Assembly: GCA_964457335.1 (NCBI GenBank)
Contig: CAYWGD010000017.1
Span: 11,069 to 75,068, forward strand
Direction of reading: 5' to 3'
Length of the DNA: 64,000 bases
Origin: an uncultured Enterobacteriaceae bacterium
Lineage (GTDB): Bacteria > Myxococcota_A > UBA796 > SXON01
Shown: positions 27,717 through 39,798 of the stretch, piece by piece
Position numbering within the stretch: position 1 is the stretch's first letter
How the letters are laid out: the number at the start of each line of letters is the position of its first letter
Notes under the pieces: generated by a model
Database searches by the model: none
Seen by the model: the letters and a program-made list of their open reading frames with translations, nothing else
Told to the model about the DNA's origin: nothing
Made by a program: the position numbers and the translations under genes

Positions 27717-28208
27717 ATGCGCGCGTTTCACGGGATGGTGGCCCTCTTCGCCCTCGCCGGCTGCGGCGGCGCGAGCGCCGACGTGGCGGGGAGCGCGGGC
27801 GGAGTGGACTTCGGCAAGACCACCAACGTCTACTTCGGCGGGCCCTTCGTCATCATCTCGATGCTCGAGGTCGACTGCGAGGACCTCGACTGGCCGCGCC
27901 GCAACTACGAAGAAGGGCAGGCGCCCACGGAGCTGGACACGGAGCTCCTCCAGTTCGCCTACACGCAGACGGACGACGTGGTGGAGGGCCCGGCCCCCGT
28001 TGCGATCGACGGCGCCGCCTCGGCGACCGTGGTCCGCGTCGCCGGCGGTGCCCTCTACGAGAGCATCGCGACGGGCGGCATCCTCACGATCGACTCGGTC
28101 GAGTCCGAGGACGCCGCGAGCGGCACGTTCGAGGGCATCCTGTTCGAGGACGGCACCCTGGACGGCAGCTTCGACGCGGTCTGGTGCCGCAACCTCAAGG
28201 CCAGGTAG
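27717..28208 (+). CDS. Lipoprotein, function unknown
   Basis: M35 of ORF 27615..28208, with a GAAGGAGG Shine-Dalgarno sequence just upstream. Lipobox LAGC. Confidence 0.6.
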   Translation: MRAFHGMVALFALAGCGGASADVAGSAGGVDFGKTTNVYFGGPFVIISMLEVDCEDLDWPRRNYEEGQAPTELDTELLQFAYTQTDDVVEGPAPVAIDGAASATVVRVAGGALYESIATGGILTIDSVESEDAASGTFEGILFEDGTLDGSFDAVWCRNLKAR

Positions 28209-28212
28209 CGTC

Positions 28213-29676
28213 ATGCTCGGCCTCGTCGCCCTGTTCGCCCCCGCGCAGGCGGCGGACGTGCTGTTCGTCGAGGCCACGCCCGCCACGCTGGACGACTTCT
28301 CCGTGGCCGGCCTCTTCTACGGCATGGTCGTGTCGGCGGCGGAGGAGCAGGGGCTCGACTACCAGGACGCCGACGCGATCCGCCGGTGGGCCGGCACCGA
28401 CGCGGACACCTGCTGGGACGACGACGCCTGCCCGTCCAACCTCTGGGATCGCACGGACGCGCGCCTCGCCGTCGTGATGAGCGTCGGGACCACGGCGAGC
28501 GGGCTCGTCGTGCAGGCCCGCCTCCACGGCGTCGACGAGACGGCGCCCTTCAAGGTGCTCAAGGAGACGGTGCCGCCGGGCGGCGAGCTCGAGGTCGCCG
28601 AGCGGATCGCGCGCGCGGCCGCGGACGCCCTGCCGCTGCTCCCCGTCCGCAAGCCCGTCTCGGGGCCGGTGCTCGTGATCGAGGACGAGGTCGTGCCGCC
28701 CCCGGAGGACCTCCCGGATCCCGACGAGCGGGAGTTGCCGGACGAGCCCGACACCCCCGCGGGCCGCCCCGACGCCGGCGCGGGCCGCGCGAAGGTGGAC
28801 GACCGGCGCCCGCCCGACCGCGACGCGGTGCCCGACCGGCCCGCGGGCCGGGCCGACCCGCGCCGCGACCGCGACGGCGAGGACTCGCTCCGGGAGCACC
28901 TCCGCACCGAGGAGGACCGCCGCCGCATGGGCGTCCCCGCGCCGGCGTACGCGCGCTACGAGGCGAGCGGGCTCTCGCGCGAGGAGTGGCTGGCGAAGGC
29001 GCGCGTGCGCGCCGGGCGCGCGTTCCTCGAGCTCGGCGGCGGCTGGGGCATCGGCGACGTCGACCGCGGCTACGGCGTGCGGCTCCGCATCGAGGAGTCC
29101 GGCGACACCTTCGAGACCGTGGGCACCTCCTCCTGGGAGGGCGCCGGGGCCGGCGCCGCGCCCACCTTCGGCTTCACGCTCGGCTACGCGCCCGCGTGGT
29201 ACCTCGACACCTCCGTGGCGGTCGCGGTCCAGTACGGGACCAAGTACCTCGACACGGGCTGGGAGTGCCCCGCCCAGTGCGACCCGGCCGCGAGCGAGTA
29301 CGTGCACGACCCCGTGGGCGCCGTGCAGGCCTTCGTCGAGCCGCGCGTGCGCTTCTACCCGGTCGCCACGGGCGTCGTGAAGCCCTACGCGCTCGTCGCG
29401 TTCAGCGTGCTCCTGCACGACGGCTTCGAGGTGCCCGACCCCGACTTCGTGGACTACCCGGACGCGCCCGCCGGCGCGTCGTTCGGCCCCACGGGCGGCC
29501 TCGGGCTCGCCATCGACCCCGTCGCCCGCGTCACGATCTTCGGGGAGGTCCCCGCCACGCTCCTGCTCGCGCAGCCGGTGACGCGGGCCGACGGCGAGGT
29601 CTCGCTCGACCCCGGTCGGCTCGAGGGTGGCGGCTACGTGGTCCGCTTCGTGGGCGGGATCGCCGTCCGGCTCTGA
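28213..29676 (+). CDS. Secreted protein: N-terminal alpha/beta domain, Pro/Asp/Arg-rich linker, C-terminal beta-rich (barrel-like) domain
   Basis: M72 of ORF 28000..29676. Signal peptide MLGLVALFAPAQA. The linker is PPPEDLPDPDERELPDEPDTPAGRPD.... The C-terminus shows alternating hydrophobic strands. Confidence 0.55.
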   Translation: MLGLVALFAPAQAADVLFVEATPATLDDFSVAGLFYGMVVSAAEEQGLDYQDADAIRRWAGTDADTCWDDDACPSNLWDRTDARLAVVMSVGTTASGLVVQARLHGVDETAPFKVLKETVPPGGELEVAERIARAAADALPLLPVRKPVSGPVLVIEDEVVPPPEDLPDPDERELPDEPDTPAGRPDAGAGRAKVDDRRPPDRDAVPDRPAGRADPRRDRDGEDSLREHLRTEEDRRRMGVPAPAYARYEASGLSREEWLAKARVRAGRAFLELGGGWGIGDVDRGYGVRLRIEESGDTFETVGTSSWEGAGAGAAPTFGFTLGYAPAWYLDTSVAVAVQYGTKYLDTGWECPAQCDPAASEYVHDPVGAVQAFVEPRVRFYPVATGVVKPYALVAFSVLLHDGFEVPDPDFVDYPDAPAGASFGPTGGLGLAIDPVARVTIFGEVPATLLLAQPVTRADGEVSLDPGRLEGGGYVVRFVGGIAVRL

Positions 29677-29719
29677 CATCGGCGGGCGCGGTCCGCGCCC
29701 GAGGCGTTAGCAGGCGCGG

Positions 29720-30189
<470 letters not shown>

Positions 30190-30193
<4 letters not shown>

Positions 30194-31317
30194 TCCTGCC
30201 CGGCGGCACCATCGGCATCCTCGGCGGCGGGCAGCTCGGGCGGATGATCGCCGTGAGCGCGCGCCAGATGGGCTACGGCGTGGTCGTCCTCGCCCCCGAG
30301 CAGGACGCCCCCGCGTTCGGCCTCGCGGACCGCGTGCTCCACGCCTCCTTCGAGGACACCGACGCGGCGCAGAAGCTCGCGGACACCTGCGACGTGGTGA
30401 CCTACGAGTTCGAGAACGTCCCCGAGGCGACCGTGCGGGCCATCGAGGGCCGCGTGCTCGTCCGGCCGGACGCGAGGCTCCTCGGGATCACGCAGGACCG
30501 CGTGCGCGAGCACGCCTTCCTGCACCAGCACGGCATCCCCACCGCGCCCGGCTGCCCGGTGCGCACCCGCGAGGAGCTCGACGCCGCCGTGGCCCGCTTC
30601 GGCTTCCCCTCGCGGCTCAAGTCCGCGCGCGGCGGCTACGACGGCGGCGGTCAGCACCGGCTGCGCGGGCCCGCCGACGTGGCGACGGCCCCGATCGACG
30701 GCCGCGACTGGCTGTTCGAGCGCGACGTGCCCTTCGTCGCGGAGGTCTCCGTGGTGGTGGCGCGCGGCGCGGACGGGACGGCGCGCGCGTTCCCGGTCTT
30801 CGAGAACGAGCACGCGGACGGCATCCTCCGCGTGACGCGCGCGCCCGCGCGGGTGGAGCCCCGCCTCGTCGCGCGCGCGGAGGCTATCGCCCGCGCGCTG
30901 GCCGAGGCCGCGAACCTCGTCGGCACGCTCACGGTCGAGTGCTTCGTCACGGCCGACGAGGTGCTCGTCAACGAGCTCGCCCCGCGCGTCCACAACTCGG
31001 GCCACCTCACGATCGAGGCATGCGTCACCTCGCAGTTCGAGCAGCACGTGCGCGCGATCTGCGGGCTCCCGCTCGGCGACGTGGCGCTGCGCTCCCCGGC
31101 GGCCATGGTCAACCTGCTCGGGGCCGCCGAACGCCGGAAGGCGCGCCTCGCCGGGGCCGACCGCGCGCTCGCCACGCCCGACGTGCACCTGCACCTCTAC
31201 GGCAAGACCTCGGTGCGCGCCCGTCGGAAGATGGGCCACGTCACCGCGCTGGCCGCCACGACCGACGAGGCCGTGGCCCGCGCGGAGGCGGCGGTCGCGG
31301 CGCTCTCGTTCGCCTGA
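30190..31317 (+). CDS. purK: N5-carboxyaminoimidazole ribonucleotide synthase (ATP-grasp)
   Basis: [21 protein letters not shown] and GGYDGGGQ motifs. ATGA overlap with purE. Confidence 0.9.
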
Positions 31318-31403
31318 GCGCCCGTCGCGAAGCGACCCGCGATCGGCACCGAAGCGCTGACCGAACGTGACGATTTCGCGGACGGAACCTCGTAAGTTTT
31401 CCG

Positions 31404-31658
31404 GTGTCCGGGCGTTTGACGGAGAGCCGCGCGGCCTTCGGGCGCCGGAGGAGGGACGGGATGTGCCGGGAGAACATGGGGACGGTGGACGAGGGGATAA
31501 CGGAGGCGCTCGAGCGGGTGCTCGACGGGGAGCTCCGCGCGATCGGCGCCGCGATCCAGGCCCTGCCCGAGCAGCACCCGCGCAGGCGCATCCTGTTGGC
31601 GAACTACCGACAGGCGCTCGCGCTGTTGACCGACATGCCGCGCATCCTCGCGCGCTGA
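31404..31658 (+). CDS. Small hypothetical protein (start uncertain; may begin at the internal MGTVDEG)
   Basis: The only open frame in the gap that has high G/C third positions. No recognisable domain. Confidence 0.35.
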   Translation: MSGRLTESRAAFGRRRRDGMCRENMGTVDEGITEALERVLDGELRAIGAAIQALPEQHPRRRILLANYRQALALLTDMPRILAR

Positions 31659-31665
31659 GCGGTCC

Positions 31666-32730
31666 CTACCTGGGGTCCAGGCGCCACACCGCGGGGGTGA
31701 CGGCGTCGGTCACCCACATCTGCCCGTCGGGGCCGATCTCCACGCCGCGGATGGCGCTCTGGCCGAGCTCGCTGTCGAGCTCCGTCGCCCACTCGCCGTC
31801 GCGGGTGTAGGCCGTGAGCACGCCGGTCGCGTGGTCGGCCACGTAGATGTACGTGTCGTCCATCGCGATGCCGCCGGGCTCCTCGATGTCCTCGACGAGG
31901 ACGCCCCACTCGACGTCCACGAGCTCCGAGTACTCGGCCAGCGGCTCGTTCCGCGCCCTGAGCGCGTCGCCGACCTCGCCCGACGCCGTGTCGAGCCAGA
32001 GGACGCGGCCGTTGCCGGTGTCGGCCACGTAGAGGAGGCCGGTCTCGTGGTCGAGGACCATGTGGCCGGGCACGTTCTCCACGCGGGCCACCTCGAGATC
32101 GGCCACGCGGCGCACGACGCCGTCGGAGTGGTCGTCCTGGCCGACGTCGTGGTCGACCGCGAAGTCGTAGCGCACGATGCTGTCGTTCTTGCCGTCGAAC
32201 ACCCAGTAGACGTTGGCCGTCTCCCAGGCGATCCCGACGCAGTTCGGGCTCTGGTGGAGCATGTCGAGGTGGCTCCCGAGCCCGTACGGGTTCTCCTCCG
32301 CGAAGATGTCGAGGTCCGTCGTCCAGAGCACCGGCCCCATGAAGTCGTTCGGGGGGTACTGGTCGTCGTAGGTGTTGCGCGTCTCGCCGCAGGAGCCGAA
32401 CTGCGTCCCGTCGTCGAAGGAGAGCGCGGCGGCCTCCTCCATGAAGTGGTTCGCCGCGGCGTCCTTGCGGCGGTCGACCGCCTGGTCGTCGGTGCCCGGG
32501 TCGGTGACGATGAACGTGCGGTCGTCCATGCGGTTGGACACCCAGAGGTTCCCGTCGGCGTCGAAGCCGAGGTCCGAGGGGTCCGAGAGCTTGTCGTCCT
32601 CGCCCAGGATGAGGGTCCAGTCCATCTCGCCCCCGCCGACGGGCCCGATCGCCGTCTGGGGGACGGCGGGATCGGGCTTGTCCGCGGGGTCGGTACAGCC
32701 GAAGAGCAGGGCGACGACGAACATGGGCAT
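31666..32730 (-). CDS. NHL-repeat beta-propeller lipoprotein
   Basis: M18 of ORF 31666..32781. Lipobox LFGC. Repeated blades (LWVSNRMDDR, LYVADTGNGRVLWLD, IYVADHATGVLTAY, MWVTDAVTPAVWRL). Confidence 0.75.
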   Translation of the reverse strand: MPMFVVALLFGCTDPADKPDPAVPQTAIGPVGGGEMDWTLILGEDDKLSDPSDLGFDADGNLWVSNRMDDRTFIVTDPGTDDQAVDRRKDAAANHFMEEAAALSFDDGTQFGSCGETRNTYDDQYPPNDFMGPVLWTTDLDIFAEENPYGLGSHLDMLHQSPNCVGIAWETANVYWVFDGKNDSIVRYDFAVDHDVGQDDHSDGVVRRVADLEVARVENVPGHMVLDHETGLLYVADTGNGRVLWLDTASGEVGDALRARNEPLAEYSELVDVEWGVLVEDIEEPGGIAMDDTYIYVADHATGVLTAYTRDGEWATELDSELGQSAIRGVEIGPDGQMWVTDAVTPAVWRLDPR

Positions 32731-32852
32731 TCTCGCGGGCGAGGGTGGGAAGATGTACACGCACGAGCCGGGCTGGCGCACCTGTGATTGCGTCAGGAAA
32801 GCGTGTGACGCGCCCGGTCACGCCCGCCGCGCGCGGCGGTTAGGGCCCCGGA

Positions 32853-33524
32853 ATGTGCGGCCGGATGCGCCTCGACACCGACTGGTCGGAGATCGTCCGC
32901 GTCTTCGACCTCGACCCGGACGACCTCGCCGGCTTCACGCCGCGCTGGAACGTCGCGCCCACCCAGCCCGTGCCGATCATCACCGGCCCGCGCGGGCGGC
33001 GGCACGCGCGCTGGGGGAGCTGGGGGTTCGTGCCCTACTGGGAGCGCGGGGCGAAGCCGAAGCAGCGACCGATCAACGCCAAGTCCGAGACGGTCGCCGA
33101 GAGCGGGATGTTCAAGCACGCCTTCCGCGAGCGGCGCTGCGTGGTGCCGGCGACCGGCTTCTACGAGTGGGAGACGCTGCCCGACGGGAAGCAGCCGTAC
33201 CTGTTCTCGCGGCCGGACCGGGGGCTGATGGCGCTCGCCGGCCTCTGGTCGCGGTGGCGCCCCGAGGGCGGCGAGCCCGTCGACACGTTCTGCGTGCTCA
33301 CGACGACGCCCAACGCGGTGACCGGGCGGGTGCACGACCGCATGCCCGTGGTGCTGCCCGACGCGCGGGCGCTCGACCTCTGGCTCGATCCCGACGCCGA
33401 CCCCTCGCTCGTGGCGCGCGTGCTGCACCCGCCTCCCGACGACCACCTCGACGCGCGCCGCGTCCGCAGGGCCATGAACTCGCCCGCGGTGGACGATCCC
33501 GAGGGCTGCGCCGTCCTCCCGTGA
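32853..33524 (+). CDS. yedK: SOS-response-associated peptidase (SRAP/YedK), abasic-site processing protein
   Basis: N-terminal MCGR. Also NVAPTQ, NAKSET, RCVVPATGFYEW, FCVLTT and HDRMPVVL motifs. Confidence 0.9.
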   Translation: MCGRMRLDTDWSEIVRVFDLDPDDLAGFTPRWNVAPTQPVPIITGPRGRRHARWGSWGFVPYWERGAKPKQRPINAKSETVAESGMFKHAFRERRCVVPATGFYEWETLPDGKQPYLFSRPDRGLMALAGLWSRWRPEGGEPVDTFCVLTTTPNAVTGRVHDRMPVVLPDARALDLWLDPDADPSLVARVLHPPPDDHLDARRVRRAMNSPAVDDPEGCAVLP

Positions 33525-33639
33525 CCACACGCATTGGGCCCCGCTACGGTCTCATGGGAAGCCCGTACGCTCCGCGCTCCGGGCGGCGAGACGCGCGGCG
33601 CTCCACGGTGTAGCCTCGCCTTCCCGGAGGCCCCCCCCG

Positions 33640-36594
33640 ATGCTCGAGAGCGACGTCCTGGAGTCCGCGTACGAGGTCACGCGGCTCGTGAGCCGCGCCC
33701 GCGGCGTCGACGAGGCCTGCGAGAGCATCCTCACCGCGTGCACGACCGTGCTGGGCGCCGATCGCGCGGCCGTGCTCCTCGCCGACGGCGCGGGCGGGAT
33801 GCGCTTCGTGGCGTCCCGCGGGCTCTCCGACACCTACCGGGAGCGCGTGGCGGGGCACTCGCCCTGGCCCCGGGACGCGCGGGACCCGGAGCCCGTGGTG
33901 GTGCCCGACGTGGAGGCCGACGACGGGCTCCGGGAGCTGCGCGCGGCCATCCTCGCGGAGGGCATCCGCGCGCTCGTGTTCGTGCCGCTCGTCCACGACG
34001 ACCGCCTGATCGGCAAGTTCATGCTCTACTACGACGCCCCGCGCGTGGTGGGCCGCGCCGAGCTCACGCTCGCGCGCCTGCTCGCCGCGCAGGTGGCGTT
34101 CGCGATCGCGCGCCTCCGCGCCGAGCGCCGGGCCGACGAGGCGCGCGACGAGCTCGACGCGGTCCTCGCGAGCATCCCCGACGGCATCGTCGTGCACGCG
34201 CGTGACGGCCGCATCGCCTATGCGAACGAGGCCATGCTGCGCCTGCTCCCGGCGGGCCGCGAGCAGCTGGTCGGGGCGCCGGGGGCCACGGTCGCGTCGA
34301 CCATGGAGCTCTTCGACGAGGCGGAGCAGCCGCTCCCGGAGGAGGCGCTGCCCCAGCGGCGGGCGCTCCGGGGCGAGCGCGTCACCCGGGTCCTCGGCAT
34401 CCGCGGTCGGGGCACGGCCGGCCCGCTCCGGTGGGTGCGCGTCAGCTCGCAGCCCGCCGAGACGCCGCGGGGCGCGCGCTTCGCCGTGACCATCGCGCAC
34501 GACGTGACGCAGCTCCGCCGGGACGCCGCGGCGCGGCAGTTCCTGCTCGACGCCGGCGGCGTGCTCGCCTCGTCGCTGGACTACGAGGCCACGCTCGCCG
34601 CGGTCGCGCGCCTCGCGGTGCCCTCGCTCGCGGACTGGTGCGGCGTGTACGTGGTCGGCGAGGACGGCCGGGCCGGCATGCTCGCCGCCGCGCACGTCGA
34701 CCCCGCGCGCGTGGAGCTGGTCCGCCGGCTCGACGAGGCGTACCCGGACGACCCCGCGTCGCCGACCGGCCTGCCCAACGTGGTCCGGACGGGCGAGCCC
34801 GAGGTGTACAACGGCCTCACCGACGACATGTTCGTGGCCACCGCGCGGGACGCCGAGCACCTCCGCCTCCTCCGCGAGCTGCGGCTCTCCGCGGTGATGA
34901 TCGTGCCGATGAAGGCGCGCGGGCGGGTGCTCGGGGTCATCACCCTGGCGAGCTCCGAGTCGGGGCAGGCCTTCGACGCCGAGGATCTGCGCGTGGCGAC
35001 GAAGCTCGCGGACCGCGCCGCCATCGCGATCGACAACGCGCGGCTCTACTCCGACGCCCGGGCGAGCCGCGAGCGCCTCGCGGAGGAGCGCGAGCGCCTC
35101 GGCGTCACGCTCGCCTCCATCGGCGACGCGGTGATCGCGACCGACCGGGACGGCCGCGTGACGCTGATGAACGCGGTCGCGCGGACGCTCACCGGCTGGG
35201 AGCCGGAGGAGGCCGTGGGGCGGCCGCTCTCCGAGGTGTTCGCGATCTTCAGCGAGAAGACCGGTCTCCGGGCGCGGGACCCCGTCGACAAGGTGCTGGA
35301 GACCGGGCGCATCGTCGGGCTCGCGAACCACACGGCGCTGGAGGCGCGCGACGGCACGCGCCGCTCGATCGCCGACAGCGCCGCGCCCATCCGCGCGCGC
35401 GACGGCACCACCGTGGGCGTCGTGCTCGTGTTCCGCGACGTGACGCAGGAGCAGCGGCTGGAGCGCGAGCTCGCGAAGGCGAGCAAGCTCGAGTCGATCG
35501 GGGTCCTCGCCGGCGGCATCGCGCACGACTTCAACAACATCCTCACGTCGATCTCGGCGAACGTCTCGCTCGCGGACCGGCGCGTGGGAGCGGAGCACCC
35601 CGCGCACGACCGCCTCGCGGCGGCGCAGGTCGCCTGCTCGCGCGCGCGGGAGCTCACCCGCCAGCTCCTCACCTTCTCGCGCGGCGGCGCCCCGATCCGC
35701 ACCGCCACGTCGGTCGGGGCGGTCCTGCTGGAGTCCTGCGGCTTCGCGCTGCAGGGCTCGCCGGTGCGCGCCCACTTCGACGTCCCCGAGGACACCTGGC
35801 CGGTGGACGCCGACCCCGGCCAGATCGCGCAGGTGATCCACAACATCGCGCTCAACGCCTCGCAGGCGATGCCCGACGGCGGCAACCTGCGCGTGAGCGT
35901 GACCAACGTGGAGCTCGACGAGACCTCGTGGATCCCGCTCCCGGCCGGCTGCTACGTCCGCGTCGCGCTCGCGGACGACGGCCCGGGCATCGAGCCCGAG
36001 AACGCGGGGCGCGTGTTCGACCCCTTCTTCACGACGAAGCCCAGCGGGAGCGGGCTCGGGCTCGCCACCGCCTACTCGATCGTGAAGCGCCACGACGGCC
36101 ACCTCCTGGTCGACAGCGTGCCGGGGCGGGGCACGACGTTCACCTTGTACCTCCCGGTGGCGGAGGCGATCCCCGCGGTGGAGCCCGTGCCCGAACCCGT
36201 GCCGCCGGGGCGCGGCCGCGTGCTCGTGATGGACGACGACGACGCGATCCGCGACCTCGCCGTGGAGTGCCTCGCCGAGCTCGGCTACGAGTGCGAGGCC
36301 GCCTCGGAGGGCGGCGAGGCCGTCGAGCGCTTCCTCGCGGCCCAGGCGCAGGGCCGGCCCTTCGACGTGGTGATGCTCGACCTCACCGTGCCCGGGGGGA
36401 TGGGCGGCCGGGAGACGCTGCGGCGGCTCCGCGAGCGCTTCCCCGACGTGCGGGCCATCGTGTCGAGCGGCTACTCGAACGACCCGATCATGGCGTGCCA
36501 CGCCGAGCACGGCTTCGCCGGCGTGCTCCAGAAGCCGTTCGTCCTCGACGACATCGCGCGCATCCTCCGGGAGATCCTCCCCGAGCGGGACTGA
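33640..36594 (+). CDS. Hybrid sensor histidine kinase (GAF-PAS-GAF-PAS-HisKA-HATPase-REC)
   Basis: H-box GGIAHDFNNILT; N/G boxes (IALNASQAM, DDGPGI, GSGLGLA); C-terminal receiver VLVMDDDD...DLTVPGGMGG...KPF. Confidence 0.9.
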   Translation: MLESDVLESAYEVTRLVSRARGVDEACESILTACTTVLGADRAAVLLADGAGGMRFVASRGLSDTYRERVAGHSPWPRDARDPEPVVVPDVEADDGLRELRAAILAEGIRALVFVPLVHDDRLIGKFMLYYDAPRVVGRAELTLARLLAAQVAFAIARLRAERRADEARDELDAVLASIPDGIVVHARDGRIAYANEAMLRLLPAGREQLVGAPGATVASTMELFDEAEQPLPEEALPQRRALRGERVTRVLGIRGRGTAGPLRWVRVSSQPAETPRGARFAVTIAHDVTQLRRDAAARQFLLDAGGVLASSLDYEATLAAVARLAVPSLADWCGVYVVGEDGRAGMLAAAHVDPARVELVRRLDEAYPDDPASPTGLPNVVRTGEPEVYNGLTDDMFVATARDAEHLRLLRELRLSAVMIVPMKARGRVLGVITLASSESGQAFDAEDLRVATKLADRAAIAIDNARLYSDARASRERLAEERERLGVTLASIGDAVIATDRDGRVTLMNAVARTLTGWEPEEAVGRPLSEVFAIFSEKTGLRARDPVDKVLETGRIVGLANHTALEARDGTRRSIADSAAPIRARDGTTVGVVLVFRDVTQEQRLERELAKASKLESIGVLAGGIAHDFNNILTSISANVSLADRRVGAEHPAHDRLAAAQVACSRARELTRQLLTFSRGGAPIRTATSVGAVLLESCGFALQGSPVRAHFDVPEDTWPVDADPGQIAQVIHNIALNASQAMPDGGNLRVSVTNVELDETSWIPLPAGCYVRVALADDGPGIEPENAGRVFDPFFTTKPSGSGLGLATAYSIVKRHDGHLLVDSVPGRGTTFTLYLPVAEAIPAVEPVPEPVPPGRGRVLVMDDDDAIRDLAVECLAELGYECEAASEGGEAVERFLAAQAQGRPFDVVMLDLTVPGGMGGRETLRRLRERFPDVRAIVSSGYSNDPIMACHAEHGFAGVLQKPFVLDDIARILREILPERD

Positions 36595-36610
36595 GCCTCG
36601 CCGCGGGTCT

Positions 36611-36649
36611 GGGGGGGCGTTGCGGGGGGGGCACCCCCCGCCCCAAGAA
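36611..36649 (+). repeat. G/C-run repeat family, copy R2
   Basis: GGGGGGGCGTTGCGGGGGGGGCaCCCCCCGCCCCAAGAA, 17 nt after the kinase stop. Confidence 0.6.
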
Positions 36650-36661
36650 CATGCGGATCGT

Positions 36662-36677
36662 TGGCACGCTTCCTGCT
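36662..36677 (+). promoter_or_regulatory. Sigma-54 (-24/-12) promoter
   Basis: TGGCACGcttcCTGCT against the consensus TGGCACG-N4-TTGCW: the GG and GC elements are correctly spaced and 12 of 16 positions match. It lies upstream of the kinase/NtrC-type operon. Confidence 0.55.
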
Positions 36678-36954
36678 TGGCGGAGGGCGGAGGAGGCCTC
36701 GACGCGTGCCTGGCTGCTCGCCCCCTCGTGGCGTGGACGGGCGACGCACCGGTCGAAGGCCCGACGTGTCGCGCGTTCAGGAGCCCCCCCGTGCGCGGTG
36801 CCGGGGGGGCACCTCTCTTCGGGGGCCCTCTCGCCGTGATCCGAGGGGGCCCTCGCTGCGCCCGTCGGGACAGGGTGCCGCGGGGCGAAGTGCCTCGCCG
36901 GGGCAGAATGCCCCGCCCCGCCGGCGCGCGCCGGTCGCCGGATAAGGCGGCGCC

Positions 36955-38405
36955 ATGCGGTTCGCGCGCAAGCTCGCCCTCGCGCTCTGGCTGGGCGTGT
37001 GCCTCATCTACGTCGCCAACGCGGCGCAGCGCGTGGTGGTGGAGGTGCGGTCGTTCGAGGCCGACATGCGTCGCGACCACGAGGTCATGGGGCGGGGGCT
37101 CGCGCCGGCCACGGTCCTGATCTGGACCGCGGAGGGCCAGCAGCGCGCGATCGCCGTGGTCGAGCAGACCAACCGCAACGAGAGCCGCATCACGATCCGA
37201 TGGGTCGACCTCGCGGCGCCGGCCGGCCACCCCGACCGGCCCGCGGCCCCGGCCTCGGTCCTCGGGGCGGTTGCCGACGGCGCGACGGTCAGCTGGGCGG
37301 ACCGCCTCGGCGCCAACACGCTCCACACCTACGTCCCGCTGCGCGTCGAGGGCGTGTGGCGCGGCGCGTTGGAGTTCACGGAGTCCCTCGACGCCGAGCA
37401 GGCCTACATCCGGACGAGTATCAAGCGCATGCTCGTCACGACGGCCGGCATGGCCCTCGTGTCCGGCGCGCTCACGCTGTTCCTCGGCATCCGCTTCGTC
37501 GGGCGGCCGATCCGGCAGCTCGTGGAGAAGGCGCGGCGGGTCGGCGCCGGGGACTTCGGGGGCGCGCTCGAGCTCGAGCAGGCCGACGAGATCGGCGAGC
37601 TCGCGCGGGAGATGAACCTCATGTCGGACCGCCTGTCGGACGCGCGCGGGCAGCTCGAGGCGGAGACGGCCGCGCGCATCCAGGCGATGGAGCACCTGCG
37701 GCACGCGGACCGGCTCATGACGGTCGGGCGGCTCTCCTCGGGGCTCGCCCACGAGATCGGCACGCCGCTCAACGTCATCACCCAGCGGGCCAAGATGGTC
37801 GCGCGCGGGGAGGTGGACGGCGAGGAGGCCCGCTCGAACGCGCGGATCATCGCGGAGCAGAGCGAGCGCATCACCCACATCGTGCGGCAGCTCTTGGACT
37901 TCTCGCGGCGGCGGCCGCCGGAGCCCGCGCCGGTCGACCTCGTGGGGGTGGTGGAGCGGGTGTTCCTCCTCCTGACGCCGCTCGCGCGCAACCTGCGCGT
38001 GCGCCTCGAGCTCGGCGACCGCCCTGAGGGGGTGGTGCGCGCCTCGGCCGACCCCGTGCAGATCCAGCAGGTGTGCACCAACCTCGTGCTCAACGCGGTG
38101 CAGGCGATGGCGTCGGGCGGCGTCGTGACGGTGTCGTTCGCCCGGGAGCGCCGCGCGCGCGGCGCCGATCCCGCGCGGGACTGGGTGGTCGTCGACGTGC
38201 GGGACGAGGGGCCGGGCATCGACGCCGCGCACCTGCCGCACCTGTTCGATCCCTTCTTCACGACGAAGGGCATCGGCGAGGGCACGGGCCTCGGGCTCTC
38301 GGTCGCGTGGGGCATCGTCACGGAGCACGGCGGCTGGATCGAGGTGGAGAGCGGGCCGGGCGGCGGCGCGCGGTTCCGGGTGTTCCTGCCGGAAGCGGAG
38401 GGCTG

Positions 38406-38406
<1 letters not shown>
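36955..38406 (+). CDS. Sensor histidine kinase (2 TM, HAMP, HisKA, HATPase)
   Basis: [23 protein letters not shown]...[12 protein letters not shown]; H-box [12 protein letters not shown]; G boxes DEGPGI and GTGLGLS. Confidence 0.85.
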
Positions 38407-39794
<1,388 letters not shown>

Positions 39795-39798
39795 CCCG

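Noticed and set aside
33544-38328. Very long listed ORFs such as 33544..38328(-) at 1594 aa, 17859..21050(-), 4947..7949(-), 56193..59369(-), 2639..4945(-) and 45335..48532(+).
   Set aside because: Their translations are Arg/Pro/Gly/Ala-dominated with no motifs. They lie antisense or out of frame to genes with clear family signatures. This is the expected artefact of a ~70% GC genome, where stop codons are rare in non-coding frames.
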